The position numbers and the translations under genes were made by a program. The notes under the pieces are model-generated. The model was given only the letters and a program-made list of their open reading frames with translations, was not told the origin of the DNA and searched no databases. From NCBI GenBank assembly GCA_964342815.1, contig CAYFHS010000002.1:152790-216789 (forward strand): a stretch of 64,000 bases of DNA, given 5' to 3'. This document shows, piece after piece, positions 29,009 through 39,210 of the stretch; the stretch's first letter is position 1; the number at the start of each line of letters is the position of its first letter. This DNA comes from an uncultured archaeon (lineage in GTDB: Archaea; Thermoplasmatota; Penumbrarchaeia; JASLWR01).

Positions 29009-32000
29009 TCAGATCTTTTTGTTGCAGTTCGGACACATCCACCACCCCTTTTTTACCGGGGCGCTGCAGTGCTTGCAGGTGGGAGAATTTTTTTCGGGAC
29101 GTTTGTATCTGGACGGCGGTTTGAAGCTAAGATCCAGCCCTGGCTCTTCCAAGCACTCGTCCTGGCCTTCCGGTAAAATTACCTCTACACGACAGGGTCT
29201 CTCCTTCATCCTCTTCCTTCCTGCCTTTTCGTCATGATATACTCCGTCAGGTTTTCCGGATCCCGTTCTTTCTTCGGTTATTGGCTTCATCAACGGCGGA
29301 AGAACTTCTCCTGCTGCTTCTCCGACCTTTCTTCTTTTATCGGAAATTTTCCTCTCCTTAAGCGGCTTCATCAGGAGCAGTTTCTTTTCCCCGGATATGG
29401 GTTTCATAAGGTTTCTTTTCGATCTTGCAGTCTTCCCTGCTGCCGGAAGTGTGAAAAGATCATCGATTTCTTTTTTACCACTTGTACTCTCCTTCACGAC
29501 AGGCTCCAGCAAAGGCCAAAAATTCTCTTCCTCAGGGATTTTTGACTCGGTCTCTTCGTCGCTCCACTCCGCATCCAGCTCATATTCAGCCTCATATTCT
29601 CCTTCCATAGGTTGGTCGGAAATGTCCAGTTTAGGCAGGTCCGACAGGTCATCCACTTCATCTTCACCCACGTCATTGAAAAAATTAAGATCATCGGGAT
29701 CGTATGCAGGACCCATTTCCGTCTGGGATTGGAAGCCTGCCGGCTTCCTCTCGACATAAAGATCCTCATAACCGGAGTCCCGTTTCTTTTCTTTCTTGGT
29801 CCGCAGGCCCATTTCGTTGGCAAGATAATCGAAGGTCTCGTCACTATCCGTCTGACCTTTTTTACTTTTGCGTTTCTTGACTGCATCTTCCACATCGTCT
29901 CTTGTGAAAGCTTTCATAAGCCTCTTTCTATACCTTCTACGTTTTATGACCTTGACCACGATTATTAATGACAGCAATGCTATGACCACACCGCCCGTTA
30001 CCAACCAGACCCAGCTATCCACGCCTACCAGGAAACGTTTAAGCTTTGCGGGCACCCCCTGGTTCTCCTCTGTCTCTTCTTCGGGGTTCTCTCCGGGTCG
30101 TTTCCCGGGCTTTACGGGAACCTTGGTCCCCACATTCTTTGCCACTACCCTTAAACTATCTGATACCGCCGCACCGTTATCGTCCTCTATCCTGAGATGA
30201 ATATCATATTCACCGTCTTTTACAAACTCATGGGAGAGTATTTCATCGGTGGAATCAAGGTTGGTGAAGTCAGGCTTTGCATCCTTCTCGACGATTGACC
30301 ATCTATACCACATCCTCGCCAGATCACCCGGGGAATCGGTTATCTTTGGCTCCACCACAATAGAGCCGTTCTTTTCCAGTACCTGATCATCCCCCAGTTC
30401 CAGTGTGGGTGCAATATTCTTCACGAAGATGGAAAATGTGGCACCGGCCGCGTTGTCAGGTTCGTCGTCCGTAACCGTGAGTTGAATGATGAAGGCATTT
30501 TCACTGGAATAAAGAAAAGTATGACTTGCACTCTTCCCGAATGCCAGGGATCCCCCGTCCCCGAAATCCCAGGAGTAGTTCAACCCGTCAATATCACCGG
30601 GAACGTCAAAAGCATCACCTACGAAAGCTACTGATTCACCTTCCTCCACCTCGAAAGCTTCTCTCTGAACTTCACCCTTGTAAATGGCAGACAGGTTAAG
30701 ATCATAAGGCTGAGAGTTCTTAATATATATCATGGCCTGGACGATGTCGAAAACCCCATCGTTATCTTCCACAATGAGAGAAATATGGTAAGTACCATTG
30801 TTTTCATAGGGGAATTCCTCCAGTCCTCCCTTTATATCGTGATCGTTGTCCGGTATCCCGTCATGATCCTCATCGGTCTTGGTATCCAGATCCCAGTAGT
30901 ACTGCAGCGATGCCATATCCCCCGGTGTGTCCGTGGAATTCGTACCTATCAAAGGGATGATGTCTCCCTCGTAATATTCGTCCTGAAACTCGTTGATCAC
31001 TGCAGTGGGCCTCTTATTCTTGATCTCTATGTCCATGCTGTCCGTATCCCCAGCACCGTCGTTATCCTTTAAACGGATGGTGACAGTATAGTAACCCTGC
31101 TGAGAGTAGCTGTGGGTAGCTGTGGGGTCATCCTGCCATTCTGATTCCTCGCCGTCCCCGAAATCCCACTTGTACTCCAGCGTATCCAAGTCGTTTTCCG
31201 TATCAGAGGAGTCCGATGCATCGAATTCGATACTGTCATCCTCGTAGAGAGAGTCCAAATTCACATTGGAACCCAGGTTTACCACGGCATTTGGTTTGCG
31301 GTTCTTAACTACTATGGATCGCGTTATATTCGTCTGGTCTACGTCATCATCCCATACGATAAGCAGCACCGTGGTGGTCCCGCTTTCGAGGTATGTGTGG
31401 GATCCACTTGCCGAGGTTCCCGTTCCATCTGCCATCCTGTCATTATCCGGAATATGGTCGCCGCTCCAGACGTTGATACCGTCGTAAGGCATGTCGTTCT
31501 CCCCATCGAAATCCCAGTACCATTTAAGTGAGTCCAGGTCCGAGGCAGTATCGGAAAGGGCACCGCTGAACTCGATCGGAACTCCCTCATCCACGGGTCC
31601 GGATGTAACAATGTCGCCTGTGGGAGCAACGTTGTGAATCCTGACATAGCAGTACTCGGTCACCTTGAAATTGTCCACATCCGTAACCTCGAGTTTGACG
31701 GTCTTGAGGCCATTCCGGGGCTTTTCGCTTGGGTAACTGGTGGTAACAGTTCGCCCGGTGGCATCGTTATTGCCGTCATTGTCGAAATCCCAGACGAACG
31801 CGGATTCAGCCAGGTTCTTGTCATCGGTTGCCGTTGCAGAGAACTGGATCTGCTCGTCCTCGTCCGCATCGGGAACATGCCCCTGAATACCGTTGCCTCC
31901 CTTGACCATGATGGCTGTGATCTTGGGTGAATTGCCTATGAGATCGAGAGCGTCCTTGGCATCTATCATGCCGCATCCGCGCTCATTGTTTGGATTGTTC

Positions 32001-33403
32001 GCATTGGGTGCGCTCTCCCTCAGTGCATTTCGTATGTCTCCGGGGGACGTGTCCCCGTTTGCTTCTCTCAGTATGGCTGCCACTCCCGCAACGTGGGGAC
32101 ATGACATTGAGGTGCCCTGTGCACCAATGTAGTTCGTGGGATCGACTACGCCGTTTGTCCATCCGGATCCTCCCATGCTCGTTCCCGATGCCCTTGCCGC
32201 TTTTATGTACTCACCGGGGGCCAGCACATCGGGTTTCATGGCCCCGGTTGAAATTCCAGGTCCCCTGGATGAGAACGATGAAAGCTGACCATAGTCGTTA
32301 CTGGATCCCACCGTGACCACATGGGGAGCGTTCCCGGGTGAACCGATGCGCAGCCCCTCCTCCCCATCGTTCCCGGCTGCTGCACATACAACAATACCAT
32401 ATCCCACGGCATCGTTACAGGCACTGTTCATTGAATCACTGTGGACAGGGCTCCCCTGCTGGTTCACCGTCCCTATGGAAAGTGACATAACATGAACATT
32501 GTATGTATTGCGATTTGACACGACCCAGTTAACAGCTTCCACCACATAGCCATATGTGGAGGCACCCAATACCCTGGCGATCAACAGATCCGCATTGTAT
32601 GCCACGCCTCTGTATCTACCGCCCGATGCCCCGCCGGCAGGAGGATTTCCCGCTGCAATGGATGCGCAGTGAGTACCGTGTCCGTCATCATCATAGGGAC
32701 TCCGAACTTGAGGGGGCCAGCTGGTATAATCCTTGAAAGCCAGTATTTTTCCTCCCTGAAAAGCCTCATGGTTGCCATCGATACCAGTATCCAGCACTGC
32801 AATCGTGGTTCCTTGGCCTGAAAAACCTGCAGAATACACGTCGGACATGCTAATGGCGTTGCCGGAACTGTCCAAAAGAGTTCTAAGTCTTGGTATTGCA
32901 CAGATCTCTGCCACATCCGGAATCGTGGCCACATCGTTCAGAATTCCAACCGGCAGCCTGACGTGTATTTGGTCAATATATTCCGACACCTGCATTATCT
33001 CTGCGCCGGTTTGTTGGAGCGATGAAATGTCGAAGAGAGAATCATCGGTGGAAAGAAGAACCATGCATTCAACGAGGTCTCCCGGCGCTTGATCTCTGAC
33101 CTCTTCCTCGAGAATATCCTCTATGCGGTTGCGATCTACGTCACCGGGGTTGAAACCGCCGTTCTTGTATTCGTTAACATGACCCTTTACAGTATAACCA
33201 AAAAGTTCTTGATGTGCCTGCGTATTTTCATCGAGTGGGGCGGACAAAAGGGAGTTGTAGGGAGATAGAACCGTTCCGCTTTGATCCGTGTAACTAATCT
33301 TAAAAGTACCCGGTTCGGAAATTGCAATCCCCATGAGGGGCATTGCCGACAATAGGACAATAATAAAAATTGTGAAAGTATGAACCGACATTTTATTCGA
33401 CAA
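29009..33403 (-). CDS. membrane-anchored extracellular subtilisin-like (S8) serine protease with ~6 PKD domains and C-terminal Zn ribbon
   Basis: Catalytic triad VLDTGID, GHGTHCAS, GTSMSCPHVAG; propeptide; WDFGDG PKD repeats; TM; CKHC...CPNC. Confidence 0.93.
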   Translation of the reverse strand: MSNKMSVHTFTIFIIVLLSAMPLMGIAISEPGTFKISYTDQSGTVLSPYNSLLSAPLDENTQAHQELFGYTVKGHVNEYKNGGFNPGDVDRNRIEDILEEEVRDQAPGDLVECMVLLSTDDSLFDISSLQQTGAEIMQVSEYIDQIHVRLPVGILNDVATIPDVAEICAIPRLRTLLDSSGNAISMSDVYSAGFSGQGTTIAVLDTGIDGNHEAFQGGKILAFKDYTSWPPQVRSPYDDDGHGTHCASIAAGNPPAGGASGGRYRGVAYNADLLIARVLGASTYGYVVEAVNWVVSNRNTYNVHVMSLSIGTVNQQGSPVHSDSMNSACNDAVGYGIVVCAAAGNDGEEGLRIGSPGNAPHVVTVGSSNDYGQLSSFSSRGPGISTGAMKPDVLAPGEYIKAARASGTSMGGSGWTNGVVDPTNYIGAQGTSMSCPHVAGVAAILREANGDTSPGDIRNALRESAPNANNPNNERGCGMIDAKDALDLIGNSPKITAIMVKGGNGIQGHVPDADEDEQIQFSATATDDKNLAESAFVWDFDNDGNNDATGRTVTTSYPSEKPRNGLKTVKLEVTDVDNFKVTEYCYVRIHNVAPTGDIVTSGPVDEGVPIEFSGALSDTASDLDSLKWYWDFDGENDMPYDGINVWSGDHIPDNDRMADGTGTSASGSHTYLESGTTTVLLIVWDDDVDQTNITRSIVVKNRKPNAVVNLGSNVNLDSLYEDDSIEFDASDSSDTENDLDTLEYKWDFGDGEESEWQDDPTATHSYSQQGYYTVTIRLKDNDGAGDTDSMDIEIKNKRPTAVINEFQDEYYEGDIIPLIGTNSTDTPGDMASLQYYWDLDTKTDEDHDGIPDNDHDIKGGLEEFPYENNGTYHISLIVEDNDGVFDIVQAMIYIKNSQPYDLNLSAIYKGEVQREAFEVEEGESVAFVGDAFDVPGDIDGLNYSWDFGDGGSLAFGKSASHTFLYSSENAFIIQLTVTDDEPDNAAGATFSIFVKNIAPTLELGDDQVLEKNGSIVVEPKITDSPGDLARMWYRWSIVEKDAKPDFTNLDSTDEILSHEFVKDGEYDIHLRIEDDNGAAVSDSLRVVAKNVGTKVPVKPGKRPGENPEEETEENQGVPAKLKRFLVGVDSWVWLVTGGVVIALLSLIIVVKVIKRRRYRKRLMKAFTRDDVEDAVKKRKSKKGQTDSDETFDYLANEMGLRTKKEKKRDSGYEDLYVERKPAGFQSQTEMGPAYDPDDLNFFNDVGEDEVDDLSDLPKLDISDQPMEGEYEAEYELDAEWSDEETESKIPEEENFWPLLEPVVKESTSGKKEIDDLFTLPAAGKTARSKRNLMKPISGEKKLLLMKPLKERKISDKRRKVGEAAGEVLPPLMKPITEERTGSGKPDGVYHDEKAGRKRMKERPCRVEVILPEGQDECLEEPGLDLSFKPPSRYKRPEKNSPTCKHCSAPVKKGWWMCPNCNKKI

Positions 33404-33469
33404 ATAATCGCCACCTAAGCTACTGAAACATAACCGTGATGCTTTATTTGATTGAAAAACCTTTCTAAA

Positions 33470-34507
33470 TTATATCTTACCACTATTTCTCAGACTAACG
33501 TCCCCCGAACTTACCATGATGGTTTTTCCTTCCCCCACCTCGAGGATCAGACGCCCGTGGTCATCAATACCTCGGGATATTCCCCTCGTCTGCTGCCTTG
33601 GCCCGCTTACGGAAACCTCCTTTCCGGAAAGAAAATCTCTAAGCCGGATCCGTGCGACGATATTCTGGAACCCATCCTGGAAAAAGGTCTGGTAAGCCGT
33701 TTCCAGGGCTTCCAACAGCCCTGTAAAGATATCGATGCGTGAGAACTTTTTCCCCGCAAGCATCTTCAATGAAGCCGCTGCCGCAAGTCCTTTACCGAAA
33801 AAATGATCCTTTTCGATGTTAACGTTGATCCCTATACCGACTATAACCCAGTTCACCCTGTCCATATCGCCATCCATCCAGGTCAGTATCCCGCATATTT
33901 TTTTGTCATTCATCATTATATCGTTGGGCCATTTTATCAATGCAGGGATGCCGGAGATATTTTCAAGATAGCTGGCAATGGCTTCTCCCATGACCAAGGT
34001 AATCCTGCTTACTGCCTGAGTTGCTATATCCGGGCGCAGGAAAAGGGACATGTATATTCCCCCAACTGGCGATTCCCAGATACGCTGCAGTCGGCCCTTA
34101 CCCTGATTCTGTATCTCCGCCAGAACAACGCTTCCCGTTTCCAGCTCTGAAGCCATGGTTTTTGCCATGACATTGGTGGAAGCAGCCTCCGTGTAATAAT
34201 GATAATCCCTTCCAAAATGATCAGTTCTTAATTTATTTTCTATCAGCGGCGGCAGTAACAGGTCCGGTGTTCCGGTCAGACGGTGGCCCCTGGAGGGAAC
34301 CGAGATTATCTGAAAACCCATATCTCTGAGAACTCGAACCGACTTTCCCACGGCAGCCCTCGACAGGCCCAATCGGGCACCTATCATTTGACCTGAAACG
34401 AAGGATTTGGAATTATCATTATCCAGAAGCTCTCGCAGAACGTCCATGGTTGTACCGGTCACGGCACCGGTAGTCGCACTCTTATCATCCTTCATTCTGC
34501 AAAACAC
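33470..34507 (-). CDS. birA: bifunctional biotin-[acetyl-CoA-carboxylase] ligase with N-terminal HTH
   Basis: VSGQMIGARLGLSRAAVGK, ASTN, QNQGKGR, KWPNDI, KICGIL, GIGIN. Confidence 0.95.
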   Translation of the reverse strand: MFCRMKDDKSATTGAVTGTTMDVLRELLDNDNSKSFVSGQMIGARLGLSRAAVGKSVRVLRDMGFQIISVPSRGHRLTGTPDLLLPPLIENKLRTDHFGRDYHYYTEAASTNVMAKTMASELETGSVVLAEIQNQGKGRLQRIWESPVGGIYMSLFLRPDIATQAVSRITLVMGEAIASYLENISGIPALIKWPNDIMMNDKKICGILTWMDGDMDRVNWVIVGIGINVNIEKDHFFGKGLAAAASLKMLAGKKFSRIDIFTGLLEALETAYQTFFQDGFQNIVARIRLRDFLSGKEVSVSGPRQQTRGISRGIDDHGRLILEVGEGKTIMVSSGDVSLRNSGKI

Positions 34508-34570
34508 CTTCCGGATCTATGAGACGAAACCGCGAATGAGAAAACAATTATGCTCCACTACATGAGTAAT

Positions 34571-35338
34571 TCATTCGTCGATCCATTTCGGCGGTCTTTT
34601 TTCTAGAAATGCTTCCAGACCTTCGTTTGCGTCCTTTGTGATCATTAGTTCCTTTAGATAGATATCCTCGATCTTTTTCATAGCCGCATGGTAATTGTTC
34701 ATTGTTCCTTCCAAGAATGCCTTCTTCGTCAATCTGAGCACAACCGCACTGTTACAGGCCAGTTTTCCCGTGATGAACCTTTCAGCATCTTCCTCGAAGG
34801 TATCGAATGAGAATATATGATTTACCAGACCCAGCTCACGGGCCTCATCCGCTTTTATGATCTCTCCCGTCAGAAGCAGCTCCAGCGCCTTCTTATGGTG
34901 CATGAGTTTCGGAAATACCGCGGCGGCCACCGGCGGAAAGACACCTACCTTTATCTCCGGCTGCCCGAACTTTGCCCTGTCCGAGGCAAGAACCAGATCG
35001 CAGAACGCAGCCACCTCGCATCCGCCCCCAAGGGCAGCGCCTTTGACCAACGCCACTATAGGTGCGTCTATGTTGTTCATATTGTGAAAAATATCGTGAA
35101 AGACTTGGATCATCTCTTCAGCTTTGCCTCCCATATGATCGGATACGTCCACACCTGCCGAGAATGCCTTTCCCCTGGCATCCAGCACCAGTATCTTGAG
35201 CTTCCGCCCCTGGAAAGACTTCAACGCGTCGTTTATCTCCTGCATCATTTCGATGTTCAAAATATTTACGGGAGGCCTGTTGAAGGTGATCCTCCCTACA
35301 AGGTCATGCTCATCCACTATGATAGTTTTGTATTCCAT
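34571..35338 (-). CDS. dch: cyclohexa-1,5-diene-1-carbonyl-CoA hydratase (crotonase family, BamR/Dch type)
   Basis: NRPPVNILNI, KAFSAGVDVSDH, ALGGGCE, FGQPEIKVGVFPP. Adjacency to had and oah supports the specificity. Confidence 0.8.
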   Translation of the reverse strand: MEYKTIIVDEHDLVGRITFNRPPVNILNIEMMQEINDALKSFQGRKLKILVLDARGKAFSAGVDVSDHMGGKAEEMIQVFHDIFHNMNNIDAPIVALVKGAALGGGCEVAAFCDLVLASDRAKFGQPEIKVGVFPPVAAAVFPKLMHHKKALELLLTGEIIKADEARELGLVNHIFSFDTFEEDAERFITGKLACNSAVVLRLTKKAFLEGTMNNYHAAMKKIEDIYLKELMITKDANEGLEAFLEKRPPKWIDE

Positions 35339-35457
35339 TTTATCTTGCTCCTTTCAAGACCCGGATATCTCTTGATAACCACCATTGGATTAAGTCAAAT
35401 CGTTCCTGCCATAGTTCTTTTTTCAGGTATCCCATGGTAGCTTTGGGATAAGGGAAT

Positions 35458-36585
35458 TCATGCGAAATCGGGTGTCAAAACGATTCTTCTCACCAGTTTT
35501 CCGGATTTCGCGTCCTCGAAAGCTTCCTTTATGCCGCTCATAGGTCTTGTCTCAACGAATGGTTTGATCTTTATGGTTCCGTCCAATACCCATTTCAATA
35601 CGTTATCGTAGTATTTCGGGAGACATCCCCAGGTACCGATGATATCAGCATCGAAAGCCATCAAGCGCGATATGCTGTACTGATTCTTCTGCATGCCGAA
35701 TCCTACCACGATTAATTTTCCGATGAAAGACAGCAATGCCAGCGCCATTTCCTGTCCTGCTTTGGTCCCCGTAACCTCGAATATCTTCCATCCATAGCTG
35801 GATGGCAGACCGTTCTGCTTGCAGATTCCTTTGAATTCGTTCTTCACGGCAAAGGCGTCCTTGTCGATGGAGTTGATTACGAAATCCGCCCCGTAATTCA
35901 GGGCGCGTTCGAGCTTTTCCCTGCTGATGTCGATCCCGATGACGGAATTAGCTCCAAATGCCTTGGCCATCTGCGTGACATAAACCCCCACACCCCCTCC
36001 CGTCCCGATTACAATCACGTTGTCTCCAATCCCGAGATCCCCCCTTACGCACGCCTGATAAGGCGTGGTGACCGCATCGGCTATGACTGCCAGTTCCTCT
36101 AGATCAAAACCATCTCGTCCCTCCACGAAACAGAGGTCCTTCACAGGTACCGGAATGTGGCTGGAGTATCCTCCGTAAATCCCAATGCTGTTCCCCGGCA
36201 TTTTCTGGCCAAGGCACCGGTTACCCCTGCCTGCTTCGCATATGGGGCAGTCGTTACACGGCAAAACCGCGGGAATTATTACCTCCCTTCCGATGAATCT
36301 TCCCTCTCCTGCAACGATAACGCCCGATATCTCATGTCCAAGTGTCAAGGGTGGGCCGGTTATCGTGGGGACGCCGTGATAGTAATAGCCCAGGTCGGTG
36401 TGGCAAACACCGCATCCTGCTACTTTCACGAGAACTTCGCCTTCTGATAATTCTGGTACCTGGATCTCCGTGAGCTCGATCAGTCCCTCCGTAATCTTTC
36501 CTGTTTCTCTATCTTTTTTCCAGGGTCGGACCATCTGCCATGTCTTTATCATTTCGGGTAGATCCATCTTTTCCTCTCCTGTCAT
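35458..36585 (-). CDS. had: 6-hydroxycyclohex-1-ene-1-carbonyl-CoA dehydrogenase (Zn-dependent, BamQ/Had type)
   Basis: GCGVCHTD, LTLGHEISG, VIIPAVLPC..C..C...RC..QKMPGN, ADAVTTPYQA, RLMAFDA...GTWGC. Probable ATG at 36567. Confidence 0.9.
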   Translation of the reverse strand: MTGEEKMDLPEMIKTWQMVRPWKKDRETGKITEGLIELTEIQVPELSEGEVLVKVAGCGVCHTDLGYYYHGVPTITGPPLTLGHEISGVIVAGEGRFIGREVIIPAVLPCNDCPICEAGRGNRCLGQKMPGNSIGIYGGYSSHIPVPVKDLCFVEGRDGFDLEELAVIADAVTTPYQACVRGDLGIGDNVIVIGTGGGVGVYVTQMAKAFGANSVIGIDISREKLERALNYGADFVINSIDKDAFAVKNEFKGICKQNGLPSSYGWKIFEVTGTKAGQEMALALLSFIGKLIVVGFGMQKNQYSISRLMAFDADIIGTWGCLPKYYDNVLKWVLDGTIKIKPFVETRPMSGIKEAFEDAKSGKLVRRIVLTPDFA

Positions 36586-36792
36586 TCCGAATCCATACCA
36601 CTGTGGTTGTGCGAATCGTGCAAGTGCATGATTATATCGATATTTAATATTATTGTAACAAGTGCATTCACGGCATTGGAGGGACCCATATCAATACCAC
36701 GAAAAGTATCATATATTATTAATCCGATAAGGTCGAATCCAACGGATCGAGGCGTCATAATCAATCAAACAATCAGATAATGGAGGGAAAAA
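36586..36792. promoter_or_regulatory. divergent promoter region had/oah with 9-bp direct repeat
   Basis: AT-rich TATA-like tracts; CAAGTGCAT at 36621-36629 and 36659-36667; atatcgatat palindrome between them. Confidence 0.45.
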
Positions 36793-37935
36793 ATGACATT
36801 AAATTGGTTACCGAGAGAAGATGAGATAAAGAATCATGAGTTGTTCAAGGGAGACGAATATTTCGGAACGGAAGCTCCCTGTACGATGTATGAAAAGAAA
36901 CCTGTACTGGATCCGAAGGGAAATGAAGTGGAAGGACTTTATTCCGCATGGATAACGCTGAATAATCCCCGTCAGTACAATTCGTATACCACCGAGATGG
37001 TGAAGGGAGTTATCGCAGGATTCCACAACGCATCGGTGGACCGGACCGTGGTAGCCGTGGTCTTCACCGGCGCAGGCGACAGGGCGTTCTGTACAGGTGG
37101 CAACACCAAGGAATATGCTGAATACTATTCCAAGCGCTGCAACGAGTACGGGGAGTACATGGAACTGTTCAACCACATGGTGGATGCCATACTCTTCTGT
37201 AAAAAACCGGTTATATGCAGGGTGAACGGTATGAGGATCGCGGGAGGTCAGGAGATTGGTATGGCCGCAGACCTTGCAGTCAGTTCCGATCTTGCGATCT
37301 TCGGGCAGGCCGGACCCAAGCACGGCAGCGCCCCTGACGGGGGCTCCAGCGATTTCCTGCCCTGGTATCTGGGGATCGAGGACGCAATGTGGAACTGCAT
37401 AAGCTGCGAGATGTGGTCCTCTTACAAGATGAAGAGACTCGGTTTCATATCAAAGGCGGTCCCGGTGATCAAGGAAGGGGACAAGTGGATCAGGAATCCC
37501 CAGGTGATCACAGATAAATATGTGGATGACGGCGAGATAGTATACGGCGAGTTCAAGACCGGAGACGAGTTCAAGGAAGCGAGAAAATACGTTTGGAACG
37601 CCAAGACCGACTTCGAGCTTCTGGACAAGGCGGTTAACGATATCATCTGGCGGTTCACGAACCTGTTCCCCGGCTGTCTCATCAAGACCATCGACAGCAT
37701 TAGAGCCAAGAAAAAGTTCTTCTGGGATTACTCCAAGAACTACAACAGGCACTGGCTGGCGGCGAATATGGCCGGAGAGGCATTCCTTGGATTCCATGCC
37801 TTCAACACGAAGAAGATCACAGGCAAGGACACCATCGATTTCATCAAATACCGCCAGCTGATAGCTGAGGGAGCATACCAGGACGACGACTTGTTCGAGG
37901 CCGTTCTGGGAAAGCCGCTGCCGAAAGATGAATAA
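36793..37935 (+). CDS. oah: 6-oxocyclohex-1-ene-1-carbonyl-CoA hydrolase (ring-opening, BamA/Oah)
   Basis: WITLNNPRQYNSYTTEMVKGVI, FCTGGNTKEYAEYY, VNGMRIAGGQEIG, GQAGPKHGSAPDGG: highly characteristic of BamA/Oah. Confidence 0.95.
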   Translation: MTLNWLPREDEIKNHELFKGDEYFGTEAPCTMYEKKPVLDPKGNEVEGLYSAWITLNNPRQYNSYTTEMVKGVIAGFHNASVDRTVVAVVFTGAGDRAFCTGGNTKEYAEYYSKRCNEYGEYMELFNHMVDAILFCKKPVICRVNGMRIAGGQEIGMAADLAVSSDLAIFGQAGPKHGSAPDGGSSDFLPWYLGIEDAMWNCISCEMWSSYKMKRLGFISKAVPVIKEGDKWIRNPQVITDKYVDDGEIVYGEFKTGDEFKEARKYVWNAKTDFELLDKAVNDIIWRFTNLFPGCLIKTIDSIRAKKKFFWDYSKNYNRHWLAANMAGEAFLGFHAFNTKKITGKDTIDFIKYRQLIAEGAYQDDDLFEAVLGKPLPKDE

Positions 37936-38017
37936 ACCGCTTTTTAATGTTTCGCGGGGATGCGTTCAAACACTCCCCGTTTATTCTATTATTAATGGTA
38001 CGAAGTCAGGGTACTAC

Positions 38018-38422
38018 ATGAAAACCTTCATCACACGAACCCGCGCAAGATACGCTGAGACCGATACCGCGGAGGTTTTGTACTACGGTAGCTATTTTTT
38101 ATACTTCGAGGTGGGTCGGATCGAGATGTTCCGCGAGCTGAATCTGCCTTACAGAAGGGACATTCCCATTGTGGATACTTACTGCAAGTATCTGAGACCG
38201 GGCTATTTCGACGACCTTCTTGAAATTCATACGAAATTCGACGATATCACGGAAAAGGGATTCAAGATAAGGTCCTTTGTTCATCGCGTAACAGATGACG
38301 GAACTCTAGAACAAATTGCAGAAGGGTACGTCACAATGGTATACGTTAACGAGGACCGGAAGGTGAGCCCGCTGCCGGATTATTTCGTGGAAGTTTTCGA
38401 GAAGATCGGGGCGGAGGAGTAG
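38018..38422 (+). CDS. acyl-CoA thioesterase, YbgC/4-hydroxybenzoyl-CoA thioesterase hot-dog family
   Basis: RYAETD..VLYY..YF.YFEVGR. Probable ATG at 38018 (track 37928). Confidence 0.85.
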   Translation: MKTFITRTRARYAETDTAEVLYYGSYFLYFEVGRIEMFRELNLPYRRDIPIVDTYCKYLRPGYFDDLLEIHTKFDDITEKGFKIRSFVHRVTDDGTLEQIAEGYVTMVYVNEDRKVSPLPDYFVEVFEKIGAEE

Positions 38423-38446
38423 CGGTCGTTGACTATTTTGCCCAGA

Positions 38447-39025
38447 TTAGTTCTTTGGAGGAAAAAGAGCTTTTTTAATCCTGGCTTTGCCCTCCTCGTA
38501 ATGGAATCTCTTTTCGAATAACCAATCATTGTTTGTTTCAATTGAAATATTATCATATTGTTTCTTTTTTTCTAATATATAATTATTGATCTTTTCCAAT
38601 TCATCTTTTGACCCTAAATCAGCTACCGCAATGGTAATATCTTCATCGTTTGCCATAATTGTAAGAGTATAACTGGTCTGTGATGGTGAATTATACCCTC
38701 CACCTAAAATCTTCTTTACATAGGCAGCATGTGAGATTTCAGACCAAAGCGCATCGAACTTCTTTTTCTTTCCAATCCAATATTGAAATCGTATGTTATC
38801 TAACATTACCGTTTTTATCCTCCATGTAAAGGGTAGTAGAATTGCTCCCAGTATAAAAACAGCGGAACCTATCAATATCCACCACATTCGATAACCCAAC
38901 TTCCCTTCTATACCAACAAATAATGACATAAGTCCAAAAAGGCACAAAGAGGAAGCTCCAACTACATTTATCCATGGTCTTTTAGATATTATAAGAGGTT
39001 CCAATGTCATCTTGATTTCTCCCAA
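38447..39025 (-). CDS. 2-TM membrane hypothetical protein with soluble (bPH-like) C-terminal region
   Basis: Two hydrophobic helices followed by a beta-rich region; AT-rich. Confidence 0.65.
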   Translation of the reverse strand: MGEIKMTLEPLIISKRPWINVVGASSLCLFGLMSLFVGIEGKLGYRMWWILIGSAVFILGAILLPFTWRIKTVMLDNIRFQYWIGKKKKFDALWSEISHAAYVKKILGGGYNSPSQTSYTLTIMANDEDITIAVADLGSKDELEKINNYILEKKKQYDNISIETNNDWLFEKRFHYEEGKARIKKALFPPKN

Positions 39026-39210
39026 TCCCTTTTTGAATACCTTTCTATCAAATTCGGATTACATTCTTAAATAACTTTTAACATTTATTAAAATCTTCTG
39101 GTCCCGCTGTCAATCAATCTTCTTCATTATCACGGAAGGGTACGTCTCTATGAAATACTGGAATGGATTTTCAATTGATATTTATCAATCATAAAATGAA
39201 TTAAATCCAA

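Noticed and set aside
28976-29011. TGA read-through or selenocysteine fusing the S8 protease to the in-frame GGR gene, or a CTG start
   Set aside because: GGR has its own GGAGG 8 nt before GTG 28978; shared frame is a 1-in-3 coincidence and the fusion makes no functional sense.
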